IMG/VR virus record: IMGVR_UViG_3300030331_006276
DNA length: 64,000 nucleotides
Source of the DNA: a virus
Strand: one strand, 5' to 3'
The notes beneath the pieces were generated by a model. It ran no database searches and was not told where the DNA came from. It saw nothing but the letters and a program-made list of their open reading frames with translations. The stretch's first letter is position 1. Each line of letters begins with the position of its first letter. Made by a program: the position numbers and the translations under genes. Positions 49,567-58,570 of the stretch are shown piece by piece.

Positions 49567-51335
49567 TGAGTAGACAAGAAGCATCAGAACAAGAATATAG
49601 AAATAAGTTTGTTTGGAAACAAAAAGGCGGAGCTATAGAGATAAACAACTCTGATAATAGAGAAGCAGTTAATATATCACATTTTTCTGGCTCTAATGTT
49701 AAAATTAACAATAACGTTAACAGTGAATTAGCTACTAATAACAAACAAACTAAAGTTAATAATGATAGTTTTGAAACAGTATTAAATGATAAAAATGTAT
49801 ATACTGGTAAAGACTATATTGAAAGAGTTGTTGAAAATACTTACAAATATAAAGGCTTTAGTAATCAAGATGAAATTGATGCAGCAGAAGAATGGAAAGA
49901 ATTATATAGACCTATAGCTGAAAATAATGCCCAGTTTGAAATATTAAGAGGTGGTAAGAGTTACCCTAATGGAGTTGATACACCACAATCGGGAGGACGA
50001 GCTCCTAACTCTACAGTTCGTCAAGAACATTATGTTATAAATGATAGGTACCCAGGTTACGGTCTTCCTCCTATAGTAGATTTTGAAACAGATCAAGTAG
50101 AAGGGTATACACCTGTATCTCCGACAGTTAATCCCGGGGTACTGTTTGGCGTTAACCCTACTATTGCAGATATTGATACAGGTTCTGGACCTGGTGGATA
50201 TGCTTCAAACTCTGATGGTGTTGTAAAATATGGTCCAGCAGAAAATGCTGCTACAGAAGGCGGTGAATGGGCTTCAAACCCTGTACATACACGTTTACCG
50301 GATGATCTTCTAAAATTACAAGATGATCTTAATCCTGTTGAACAACGAATGGGTAATGGTGGCGATGAAGAAGAGTTTACTTATAGAAATAAGCTCGAAG
50401 TTGTTGGTGCTTCTACTAACGATTACCCATCAATACGTATTGATCCAGAAGGAAGATCTCAACCATCTGAAGTTAATGTAGGTATTGATACATCTTATGT
50501 TAATGTTGATAGTGTACCACATGTTGAGGAAGTAGATAATTCAAGCGCTTTTCCAGTTGGAAACTATACATTAAATGTTGGTAATAAGTATGACGTTATT
50601 GTAGGTTCAGGCGGTATACAGCTTAAAACTAGCGGGCCAATAGAGATAGGAGGTACGTCTTTAAAAGTATCTGCACATAAAATTAATTTACAGTCTGCTG
50701 CAGGTGTAAATATATCAAGTGAAAATTTAGTAGAGTTACAATCAGCAAAATCTATCTCATTGAGATCGAATAGACAAATTTTAATTGAACCGGGATTAGG
50801 GGTAAAGAATAATACTGTTATAGGTGGTTCGACTTATACTGAAGGTGAAACATATTTACATCATGTTACAGCCCCAGCTGAAGTTCAAAGAACAGAAGAA
50901 ACTATTGTCTTTTCAAAACTACTTAAAGATTTAAAATTTAAAGCTACAATAAAAGGATTTTCGCAATTAGAAGATCTCTTTACAGGTTCTACAACAGTTA
51001 CAATTACTTTAAAAGAGGATAGTAATGAAGGGTTTGTTGAAGCAGCACCGCATAGCCATCACTTTAAAAATTTACCATTAAGATTAACGGATGGTAATCG
51101 TAGTGTACGTACAATTGCACAAGGTGAAGGTATTAATATTAATGGGTATCAAGCGCAAGCGCAGCCTATTGTTCATGAATATAAAGAACCTACAAATGCA
51201 CCGACACCGCCTCGCGCTTTAACAGTAGAAGATGCTTTTGTTGATCCACACGATAGAACAAGATTGGAACCGGAAGGTCAAATATTACCAGAGCCGGCTG
51301 ATATACCAAAAGACGGAACAAATCCCGTTACATAA
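49566..51335 (+). CDS. gp5-like beta-helix spike, C-terminal part
   Basis: GGAIEINN...ISHFSGS, GNYTLNVGNKYDVIVG beta-strand repeats, PHSHHF tip-like motif. TAATG coupling to the upstream gene. Confidence 0.6.
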   Translation: MSRQEASEQEYRNKFVWKQKGGAIEINNSDNREAVNISHFSGSNVKINNNVNSELATNNKQTKVNNDSFETVLNDKNVYTGKDYIERVVENTYKYKGFSNQDEIDAAEEWKELYRPIAENNAQFEILRGGKSYPNGVDTPQSGGRAPNSTVRQEHYVINDRYPGYGLPPIVDFETDQVEGYTPVSPTVNPGVLFGVNPTIADIDTGSGPGGYASNSDGVVKYGPAENAATEGGEWASNPVHTRLPDDLLKLQDDLNPVEQRMGNGGDEEEFTYRNKLEVVGASTNDYPSIRIDPEGRSQPSEVNVGIDTSYVNVDSVPHVEEVDNSSAFPVGNYTLNVGNKYDVIVGSGGIQLKTSGPIEIGGTSLKVSAHKINLQSAAGVNISSENLVELQSAKSISLRSNRQILIEPGLGVKNNTVIGGSTYTEGETYLHHVTAPAEVQRTEETIVFSKLLKDLKFKATIKGFSQLEDLFTGSTTVTITLKEDSNEGFVEAAPHSHHFKNLPLRLTDGNRSVRTIAQGEGININGYQAQAQPIVHEYKEPTNAPTPPRALTVEDAFVDPHDRTRLEPEGQILPEPADIPKDGTNPVT

Positions 51336-51954
51336 TTTCGTCAACTAATCCTAATTCTAAACACGTCTTGCTATCAAACCACAAATCGTGCTTTAAAATT
51401 TCACTTAGCTTTTTCATAGGTACGTTAGTATGTGCTTTATAAATGGATTTAATAGTCTCCATTAAATGAGTATTGTTAACCATATCATCTTCAAGCTCGT
51501 TGTACTTACCGTAGGTAGTCGAACTTAACTGATGTATAAGCATCTTTGAATATTTACCCATTGATCTTTTTTTACAAGCAACAGATATAATAGTTGCAGC
51601 AGATGCAGCAGCTCCTTCAATTATAGAATGTACATCACTTTTTAAATTTCTAATAACATCTACAGTAGCTAGACCAGCAAATAAAGACCCTCCATAAGAA
51701 TTAATATGAAGATTAATAACAGGATTAATATCCAAAAATACATTTGTAATAACTAGTTTTTTATCTAATTCATTTAAAGTCGCGTTTAGCTCAAGTGCAT
51801 TAGCTTCTGTAATATCACCGTAAAAATAAATATTATTTTCTACTACTCTTGTTACTGCTCCAGAAGAAGCAGGAGCCGCGTTAATAATATATTGTGGTGA
51901 TGATGAAGGCTGTTCTTCAGTTTCTTCTTCTTGATTTATATATTTCCATTTCAT
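51328..51954 (-). CDS. clpP: ClpP-family serine protease
   Basis: IYFYGDI, LHINSYGGS, AASAAT (Ser), LIHQ (His), HDLWF (Asp). Start adjusted to MKWKY. Confidence 0.8.
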   Translation of the reverse strand: MKWKYINQEEETEEQPSSSPQYIINAAPASSGAVTRVVENNIYFYGDITEANALELNATLNELDKKLVITNVFLDINPVINLHINSYGGSLFAGLATVDVIRNLKSDVHSIIEGAAASAATIISVACKKRSMGKYSKMLIHQLSSTTYGKYNELEDDMVNNTHLMETIKSIYKAHTNVPMKKLSEILKHDLWFDSKTCLELGLVDEIM

Positions 51955-51967
51955 TTTTAAAAAATTT

Positions 51968-53614
51968 TTAACCTTCACAGGAAGAACATTCATTCAATGA
52001 ACGCGCTAGCTCTTGCGCAGGATTTGCACTTCGTTGATAGTATAGAGACTTAATACCATTTTCCCAAGCCCATACAATAAGTTCATTTACTTCTTTAGGT
52101 TTAGTCTTAGGTGGTACTTGCATATTAATAGATTGACCTTGATCAATATATGGTTGTCGTTGAGCTGCTTGTATAAGTATTTCTTTTTGAGATATCTCAC
52201 CAAAAGTTTTAAATACCTCCTTTTCGTGATCTGTTAAAAATTTTAAATGTTGAACTGATCCTCCCTTTTGCAAAATACTTCTCCATGTAGAAACATCATC
52301 TTTTTCATAACTTTGAAGTACTTTAGTAAGTTCCGGATTTTTATAGGTAAATTTACCTTTAGCTAAATCTTTTGTAAAATAGTTACTATTAAGAGGTTCA
52401 ATAGAAGGACTAATTTGACCCAATATAAAAGAACTACTAGTAGTTGGAGCTACAGCAACTAAACAGCTATTGCGTAGACCATAACCTTCCATCAGAGAAG
52501 GTACTCCATACTCTATTGCCATTTCCTTTGAGGCTGCTGTAGTTCTTTCCTGAATAGTTTTAAAGATAAGAGAGTTTTGTAGTTTAGCTTCCATAGACTC
52601 AAAAGCAATATTTTCTTGCTGTAAATATGAATGCCAACCTAATACTCCAACTCCTAAAGCTCTTTGCGTTACTGCAAACTTATGAGGCGATTCCATATTT
52701 TTAACCCCTCTAGTTTTATTAATAAACTCAGTCATAACCGCATCGAGAAAGTATGTTAGAGTTTCTATAGCATCAGTTTCGACAATCTCTTTCCATTTAG
52801 CAAGATTGAGAGAAGAGAGATCGCATACAAAAGATTCATCTTCTTCCGCAGATAAAAAGATCTCAGTACATAAGTTTGAAGCATGAATACGTTTGTCTTT
52901 ATCTTTATATACTTGTGGAGCGTTGTTATTAGCATTATCGGAAAAAAATATATACGGGTATCCAGATTCATAACGCTTCTTTATAATTTTACCCCATAAA
53001 TTACGCTTCTTTTTATCACCTGCTATCATTGAATTCATCCATTCATCACTTACTGTAACTCCTATAGACAAATCTTGAATAGCATTACCCTCGCCTCTAA
53101 TACCTAAAAATTCTTCTATATCGCCATGATCAATAGGAAGATAAGCAGCAAAAGAACCCCTTCGTACATTGCTTTGTGAAATGTAATTAGTTAAGGCATC
53201 AAAAACAGTTAGTTGGTGATGTACTCCTGTAGATGTACCTCCTGTAGATATTTTAGCTCCTCTATGTCTTACATCTCCAAAATATGCAGATGTGCCCCCT
53301 CCCACTTTTGACATAGTGCCTACTTCAGCTATCTTACCTAAAATTTGTTCCATATCATCCGGAATGTAGGATCCAAAGCAAGAAATAGGCAGACCTCTAT
53401 CTCTGCCAAAATTTGACCAAATAGGAGATGAAAGAGAGTAGAAACCTCTATGCATATAATCTATAAATTTTTCTGCCCACCCATCAATGCCTAAATATTC
53501 TTGCGCTTTGTACGCAATATCTTCTATTCGTTTTTCGGGATCTTCACCGGGCAGTAAGTATCCTCTTTCAAGAAACTTACGAGAATCTTCGTTAAGCCAA
53601 TATATGTCACTCAT
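51968..53614 (-). CDS. nrdA: Ribonucleotide reductase class I large subunit (no ATP cone)
   Basis: GLPISCF, SNLCTEI, VCDLSSLN, AVAPTTSSS, IDQGQS, KSLYY, C-terminal CSSC. Confidence 0.93.
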   Translation of the reverse strand: MSDIYWLNEDSRKFLERGYLLPGEDPEKRIEDIAYKAQEYLGIDGWAEKFIDYMHRGFYSLSSPIWSNFGRDRGLPISCFGSYIPDDMEQILGKIAEVGTMSKVGGGTSAYFGDVRHRGAKISTGGTSTGVHHQLTVFDALTNYISQSNVRRGSFAAYLPIDHGDIEEFLGIRGEGNAIQDLSIGVTVSDEWMNSMIAGDKKKRNLWGKIIKKRYESGYPYIFFSDNANNNAPQVYKDKDKRIHASNLCTEIFLSAEEDESFVCDLSSLNLAKWKEIVETDAIETLTYFLDAVMTEFINKTRGVKNMESPHKFAVTQRALGVGVLGWHSYLQQENIAFESMEAKLQNSLIFKTIQERTTAASKEMAIEYGVPSLMEGYGLRNSCLVAVAPTTSSSFILGQISPSIEPLNSNYFTKDLAKGKFTYKNPELTKVLQSYEKDDVSTWRSILQKGGSVQHLKFLTDHEKEVFKTFGEISQKEILIQAAQRQPYIDQGQSINMQVPPKTKPKEVNELIVWAWENGIKSLYYQRSANPAQELARSLNECSSCEG

Positions 53615-53628
53615 AATAATTAAATCTT

Positions 53629-54612
53629 CTAGAATAGATCATCTTCGTCAAATGACTGACTTTTCTTAGAATACTCTACAGGACGAGAGTGAAAGAAATC
53701 AGTCATATTGTTACCGAGAAGCTCTTCTTCAAACCACATTGTAGCCTCTAGAAGTTCATTATCAACGTCAAATACAGGTTTAAATCCTATTTGTTCAAGA
53801 GAAGAATTAATTCTATTCTTTATAAATTCTTTAACAGTTAGAGCATCAAGCCCAGGCTCTTTAATACCATTAATCATCCAATCAACTATCTTGGCTTCAG
53901 AATTATATGCTTCAACTGCTTCTCCTCTAATTCTTTCCTCTAGCTCTTCATCGAATAATTCCGGCATTTCATCTCTGATAGTATTAATAATTTTTATACC
54001 TACTAAAGCATGAATATTTTCTTCATTACGGGTATACTTAACTTGCTGATCAGTATCTTTTAATACATTTTTAAATCTAGCAAACCAATTTATTACATAA
54101 AATTGAGAAAATAAAGAAACGTTTTCAACAAATAAAGTAAATAGAGTTAATGCATATAGATATTGCTTTTTAGAACTGCTATAAAACTTATGAGTATATT
54201 TTCTGAGATACTTAACTCGACCTTGAATAAAGTCGAGTTTTAAATTTTCCTCAAAAATATCTTCCATATCAAGTACTGTTAAAAGTCTTTCATATGCATT
54301 GTTATGTATTACCTCAGTATTAGCCATAACATAACCTAAATCTTGAAGAGCAGGGTGAGGTAAATTTTCACCTAACTTAGCCCAAAAACTTTTAACTGCA
54401 ACTTCAATTTGACCAATAGCAGATAATACTCTTACAATAATTTCTCTTTCTTGCTCAGAAAGCTGCGTTTTAAATTGTTGGACATCAGACGTAAAAGAAA
54501 ACTCTTTATCGGTCCAGAAACCATTATGCATAGCTTCAATAAATTGTTCTGTCCAGGGGTAAAGATTAGGCTTGCGAGATAGCTGCTCTGTGAATATAGT
54601 ATTCCCGTCCAT
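53629..54612 (-). CDS. nrdB: Ribonucleotide reductase class I small subunit
   Basis: FWTDKEF, EVIHNNAY, ENVSLFSQF, EENIH, DFFHSRPVEY. Confidence 0.93.
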   Translation of the reverse strand: MDGNTIFTEQLSRKPNLYPWTEQFIEAMHNGFWTDKEFSFTSDVQQFKTQLSEQEREIIVRVLSAIGQIEVAVKSFWAKLGENLPHPALQDLGYVMANTEVIHNNAYERLLTVLDMEDIFEENLKLDFIQGRVKYLRKYTHKFYSSSKKQYLYALTLFTLFVENVSLFSQFYVINWFARFKNVLKDTDQQVKYTRNEENIHALVGIKIINTIRDEMPELFDEELEERIRGEAVEAYNSEAKIVDWMINGIKEPGLDALTVKEFIKNRINSSLEQIGFKPVFDVDNELLEATMWFEEELLGNNMTDFFHSRPVEYSKKSQSFDEDDLF

Positions 54613-54635
54613 TCTTAATATTCCTATATTAAAGA

Positions 54636-54869
54636 TTAAACAGGTACTGTTGTTTTAAGACCACCACCAGGTAGAGAGAAGGTTTTTACTTGCTTTTTTC
54701 CTCCTGCGCTTTCTACCGTAACTGTCATTAAATGACCCGACATATATGGTTGTGAAACTATATTACCACCAACAGTAATAACTCTATATAACTTCCCTGT
54801 TCCTGCTTCGAATATTTTTACTGTACTATTCGAGCCCTGCTGTGCGATAAATTGTTTAGTCTTGTTCAT
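54636..54869 (-). CDS. Hypothetical protein
   Basis: 77 aa, beta-rich, co-oriented within the PRT-nrd gene run. Confidence 0.55.
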   Translation of the reverse strand: MNKTKQFIAQQGSNSTVKIFEAGTGKLYRVITVGGNIVSQPYMSGHLMTVTVESAGGKKQVKTFSLPGGGLKTTVPV

Positions 54870-55224
54870 AGTTTCTGATATTATTTATAAAAGTAGTTAC
54901 CTCAGGATCGGATTTATGTGTAGCAAAGTTTAAAGTATTTGAGATTTTTTTAGCAGTTTGCGATGCTTGAACTTTATGAAATTCAATAAGTTCTGCAACC
55001 TCGGGAGAATCTGCATTTGGAAGACCTTCAATATCTACATTTAATATATTTCTTATTTCTTGTATTGAGTATCCTTTATTCAAATAATTTTTTGCTTTCT
55101 GTGTTATAAAATATTTCTTCAAGTTTGCTTCGTCCGTATAATCAGATACTTTTTTATCATAGTAATCTTGACCATACGTATAACTCTTCCCAGTAATTAA
55201 ACACGTAATTTTTCTACTAGCCAT
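54856..55224 (-). CDS. Hypothetical protein
   Basis: Likely start MASRKITCLITG; the track start overlaps the PRTase. Confidence 0.55.
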   Translation of the reverse strand: MASRKITCLITGKSYTYGQDYYDKKVSDYTDEANLKKYFITQKAKNYLNKGYSIQEIRNILNVDIEGLPNADSPEVAELIEFHKVQASQTAKKISNTLNFATHKSDPEVTTFINNIRNYEQD

Positions 55225-55240
55225 ACCTTTATATTTTAAT

Positions 55241-55687
55241 CTATTCCCACGGAAAAACAATCCACTTGTCATCAGGTACTACCAGTCCATAATGATCTAT
55301 CCTATCAGTATGTTTTTCTTTAGTATAAATGCACGCTGTAGTATAGTTAATAGCTCCAAGTCCTAATCGTGTAGTAACTTCTTTCATAGTATCACCTGTA
55401 TCACAAATATCATCAACAATAAGAATATGCAAATTATCATTGTTTTCAGATAGTTCATAGAAATTTATAGACTGGGTTAAATGAAAATTTTCAGTCTTTT
55501 TTGTACCTTCGTACGAGCTAATACCATAAGATAAAAGAGGTTTATCTAATACATAACTAATTATTGTGGCTGGAATTAAACCACCTCTCGCAAGCCCAAC
55601 AACATGAGTAATGTTATCTTTCAGCCTTTCTGCTATTGTACGTGCATAAAAATTAATTTCATTATAAGAAACTAAAAATTCTTTCAT
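55241..55687 (-). CDS. Purine phosphoribosyltransferase (Gpt/Hpt-like)
   Basis: VGLARGGLIPA, PRPP loop ILIVDDICDTGDT, WIVFPWE end. Confidence 0.85.
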   Translation of the reverse strand: MKEFLVSYNEINFYARTIAERLKDNITHVVGLARGGLIPATIISYVLDKPLLSYGISSYEGTKKTENFHLTQSINFYELSENNDNLHILIVDDICDTGDTMKEVTTRLGLGAINYTTACIYTKEKHTDRIDHYGLVVPDDKWIVFPWE

Positions 55688-55693
55688 ATACAA

Positions 55694-55721
55694 ATTATAT
55701 TATTAACCTTTTATTTTTCAA
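55694..55721 (-). promoter_or_regulatory. Sigma70-like promoter for the PRT-nrdB-nrdA-clpP run
   Basis: TTGAAA (55721-16), 16 nt, TATAAT (55699-94); ATG 6 nt later. Confidence 0.6.
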
Positions 55722-55742
55722 TCGTTTGCAATAAATATATAC

Positions 55743-56135
55743 GTGAGCAACGACTTTGAAAAGATACAACAGATTTACGAAGAAGGCTTTCGAGGTCAAT
55801 ACGCACAGTTAAGAAACTATGGTCCAAATTTAAAATATACTCCTGGTGAAGCTCCTCCAGGTTATACGTTAACTAATACACCTGGGCACCTACCTTTTCA
55901 AAATCCTTACTCTGGTTATCAACGCCCTGCTGGTGGTGAAGGAGCGTTACAAGGAATAACTGCCCCTATCGATGAAGAAATTAAAGCAGTTCAGATCTTA
56001 AATAAAGATGTTATTCAAAAAATTGAAGAGTTACAAGAGGAAGCAGATGAAGATGGAATGGGCTATGCAAATATACTTTTAGGTAGATTAAAGGAATATA
56101 TTAAAGATGATCTTACTCCGAAGGGTACACCTTAG
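55743..56135 (+). CDS. Hypothetical late protein
   Basis: GTG start 5 nt after TAAATA (55732-37). Confidence 0.55.
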   Translation: MSNDFEKIQQIYEEGFRGQYAQLRNYGPNLKYTPGEAPPGYTLTNTPGHLPFQNPYSGYQRPAGGEGALQGITAPIDEEIKAVQILNKDVIQKIEELQEEADEDGMGYANILLGRLKEYIKDDLTPKGTP

Positions 56136-56391
56136 ATAATAATATACTATTAATAAGGTATAAAAAATAACAAGTGGCGCTACTGTATAAAGCAAATATT
56201 ATACAATTATAATTAGTTAAAGCGCCTATACTTAACCCAGTCCAAAAACCTGTACATAACGAACAATTAAGTAAATTTTTAAAAAAAGAAATCTTACAAA
56301 GGCGATCTCTAAAAAAGTTTAAAATTTTACCCTCCATTAATATATAACAGAGGCCATAAGATGCAAAAGTATAAAATAATAAATTAGCCAT
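56113..56391 (-). CDS. DUF1360-like membrane protein
   Basis: LLNCSLCTGFWTG CxxC..W motif with flanking TMs. Confidence 0.55.
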   Translation of the reverse strand: MANLLFYTFASYGLCYILMEGKILNFFRDRLCKISFFKNLLNCSLCTGFWTGLSIGALTNYNCIIFALYSSATCYFLYLINSILLSKVYPSE

Positions 56392-56584
56392 TTAAGAGCT
56401 GTTGATCGTCGTCAATGGTATTAACAGCATCGCCCATAAGTTTGAGCTCTTCTTTTTTCACAACAATAGCATTACCATCATCATCAGTTACCTTATAGTG
56501 GTCGTCGTCAATTTTTTCAACAACCGGGCAACCAGACTTCCCGCAACATACTCTTACACTACTTTCTGTGAGTCTTTTAATCAT
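56384..56584 (-). CDS. Small Cys-containing hypothetical protein
   Basis: MIKRLTE...VCCGKSGCP. TAAATA 5 nt before the ATG at 56584. Confidence 0.55.
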   Translation of the reverse strand: MIKRLTESSVRVCCGKSGCPVVEKIDDDHYKVTDDDGNAIVVKKEELKLMGDAVNTIDDDQQLLNG

Positions 56585-56588
56585 ATAA

Positions 56589-57329
56589 TTATTTATTAAA
56601 AGCTGCTTGTAATGCACTTTTTATTCGATCTTCTGCACGAGAATCTACATCATCTTTTCTACCTGGAGAAATTTCTCTATGTGTAGTTACGGTTGATAAA
56701 TCTTTAGGCCATCCCCATTTTTCAAATCTTGGTACTAACCACTCAATAGCTGAAGCAACTTCATCATCAGTTAATTCCCTTGTATTAGTATTACCGCTAA
56801 ATGATAACCCAAGTAAAAAACCATTACAATTAGTTCTACCATTAAAATTAGATTTACCTGCGTGCCAACATCTACGATCATCATCAGCAAAAATTGTTCT
56901 TTCTCCATTTGTATCTATAATGCAATGGTATGATACTTGTGACTTAGATTGACATATCCAGCTTACTGACCCAGCATAAGAACCAGATGAATGATGTAGT
57001 ACAACTCCTTCAGGTCTAATTTTAGAGGAAGAAATATTAGGTGAGGGTTTACTTACTTCTGGATACGATCCATCAACAGCACTCGAGGTAATTTCTACAA
57101 CAGCAGGTTTTTCAGTTAACCCTAGTGCTTCTAAAATAGTATTTGCTGTATTGGGTCCATAAGCTCCATCTACTAAAGAATCTGTTTTCTTTTGAATTAT
57201 TTTTGTTAATTCTTCTTTTGTAAAATTTAATTTACTAATAATTTTTGTAGCGGTATTTTTACCATACACACCATCTGCTGTCGCTCCAACAGCTTCTTGA
57301 ATTTTTTTTGTTGTATCTTTAAGTGCCAT
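56589..57329 (-). CDS. N-acetylmuramoyl-L-alanine amidase (Amidase_2) with PG-binding repeats; endolysin
   Basis: DGVYGKNT/DGAYGPNT repeats; VVLHHS, VSYHCII, CWHAG, HREISPGRK.D. Confidence 0.85.
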   Translation of the reverse strand: MALKDTTKKIQEAVGATADGVYGKNTATKIISKLNFTKEELTKIIQKKTDSLVDGAYGPNTANTILEALGLTEKPAVVEITSSAVDGSYPEVSKPSPNISSSKIRPEGVVLHHSSGSYAGSVSWICQSKSQVSYHCIIDTNGERTIFADDDRRCWHAGKSNFNGRTNCNGFLLGLSFSGNTNTRELTDDEVASAIEWLVPRFEKWGWPKDLSTVTTHREISPGRKDDVDSRAEDRIKSALQAAFNK

Positions 57330-57382
57330 ATAATTATTTATTTAACATGTTGTAAAATGTACTATTGCGGATAAATACTTTT

Positions 57383-57640
57383 ATGGATATGATACTTGAC
57401 TTTATTAGTGAAAAGCCTTGGTTCGGTTTAGTAGCAGCTATTATTGCTGCTGCTGCTGCTTTTTGTGCTGCAACACCAACACCTAAAGAAGGTACTTGGG
57501 TTTCAAAAATTTACAAAGCTGTAGAATTTTTAGCACTCAATATCGGTAAAGCAAAAGCAAAAGCCGCAGTAGAAGAAAAAGTTGAAGATACTGTAAAAGA
57601 TGCAGTTGCTGACGCTGTTAAAAAAGCTACTAAAAAGTAA
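57383..57640 (+). CDS. Holin-like membrane protein
   Basis: Hydrophobic WFGLVAAIIAAAAAFCAATP, a second segment, and a charged tail. TAAATA 57372-77 then ATG 57383; divergent from the amidase. Confidence 0.5.
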   Translation: MDMILDFISEKPWFGLVAAIIAAAAAFCAATPTPKEGTWVSKIYKAVEFLALNIGKAKAKAAVEEKVEDTVKDAVADAVKKATKK

Positions 57641-57646
57641 TTAACT

Positions 57647-57919
57647 ATGGCTGGTGGTTTAATAAAAGGTGCTTTACGTGCCTTAGTAGCGTACTTTGAA
57701 TTAAGAAATAGAACGCATTATCACCGAGTAGTTACTGAATCTAGAGACAAACAAAAAAAACTTATTAATGAAATTGAAACATTACGCACTGCTGGTGACG
57801 TCGATTCTAATGATAGGGCTGACATCTTGCGGGACGAGCTCCTCGACGAAAAGCGGCACCTTGAACATCTATCAGCCTTCTACCTTAAATCTGTCGAAGG
57901 GAGTTCCGATACAAAGTAA
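57647..57919 (+). CDS. Putative i-spanin
   Basis: Short N-terminal apolar segment plus coiled coil; overlapped by a lipoprotein ORF. Confidence 0.45.
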   Translation: MAGGLIKGALRALVAYFELRNRTHYHRVVTESRDKQKKLINEIETLRTAGDVDSNDRADILRDELLDEKRHLEHLSAFYLKSVEGSSDTK

Positions 57920-58019
57920 AGAAGGAGTTTACACTCCACAAACAGATGAAGTATGGCATTCTGATGCCCGATTTCGAAAGCTTGAAAGACAGCTTTATTT
58001 CGCACCTTCAGGTAAATAA
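57768..58019 (+). CDS. Putative o-spanin lipoprotein
   Basis: Signal peptide with lipobox LTSC (Cys21); 152-nt overlap with the upstream ORF in another frame. Confidence 0.55.
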   Translation: MKLKHYALLVTSILMIGLTSCGTSSSTKSGTLNIYQPSTLNLSKGVPIQSKEGVYTPQTDEVWHSDARFRKLERQLYFAPSGK

Positions 58020-58219
58020 TGGGTAAAGGAGACAAACCTAGACCGTTATCAATAACATATAAAAAATATAGCGATAACTGGGAAGCTATATTTGGTAAAA
58101 AACAAGATGATGTTATTGAGGAAGAAGCTCTTTGGGATGAAGAGAAAAGTGAAAAGCGTATTGACATTATAGGTAAAAACGGTAATGACGGTCTTCATTA
58201 TGATAAAATAGATGAATGA
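58019..58219 (+). CDS. Conserved-looking small phage protein
   Basis: MGKGDKPRP...Y..NWEAIFG pattern. Confidence 0.55.
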   Translation: MGKGDKPRPLSITYKKYSDNWEAIFGKKQDDVIEEEALWDEEKSEKRIDIIGKNGNDGLHYDKIDE

Positions 58220-58415
58220 TTTAGAAGAGCTTATACTACCACAAGATCTTAAAATGTGGGCTAAAAGTGCAGGTCGTAAATTTTTAGAAGCGCAAGAAAA
58301 AATAAAAAGCTTATCTACAAAAAATATATCTGCTAGTGCTTATTGGATTAAAGATAGTAATGTTGCAATTTTAACTGAAGATGGTAAAATGTATACGTAT
58401 GGCAAAAAAGACTAA
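58212..58415 (+). CDS. Hypothetical protein
   Basis: 67 aa, overlap-coupled. Confidence 0.5.
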   Translation: MNDLEELILPQDLKMWAKSAGRKFLEAQEKIKSLSTKNISASAYWIKDSNVAILTEDGKMYTYGKKD

Positions 58416-58539
58416 CAGCACAACTTGGAAAGTAAACGATAAGAAACCCAAAAAAACACGCCAGGGTATAAGTAGAAATTCTAAGGGGCATAAAAAATAT
58501 CGCGGTCAAGGAGGCCGGCCAAAACGAAGAAATAAGTAG
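58399..58539 (+). CDS. Small, highly basic peptide (KKTRQG...YRGQG), absent from the ORF track
   Basis: Hand translation MAKKTNSTTWKVNDKKPKKTRQGISRNSKGHKKYRGQGGRPKRRNK* (46 aa); fills the gap before the next promoter. Confidence 0.65.
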   Translation: MAKKTNSTTWKVNDKKPKKTRQGISRNSKGHKKYRGQGGRPKRRNK

Positions 58540-58557
58540 TTTTCTACGTTAAAGACA

Positions 58558-58565
58558 TATAAATA
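58558..58565 (+). promoter_or_regulatory. T4-type late promoter TATAAATA
   Basis: Exact consensus, 5 nt before ATG 58571. Confidence 0.7.
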
Positions 58566-58570
58566 TTGTT

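Noticed and set aside
51968-54612. Intron or intein in nrdA/nrdB
   Set aside because: Both frames are continuous and compact, with all motifs at expected spacing.
57880-58167. Antisense 95-aa ORF over the spanin region, and similar short antisense ORFs (49346-49744, 12082-12435)
   Set aside because: They fully overlap better-supported genes and have no promoter or motif.
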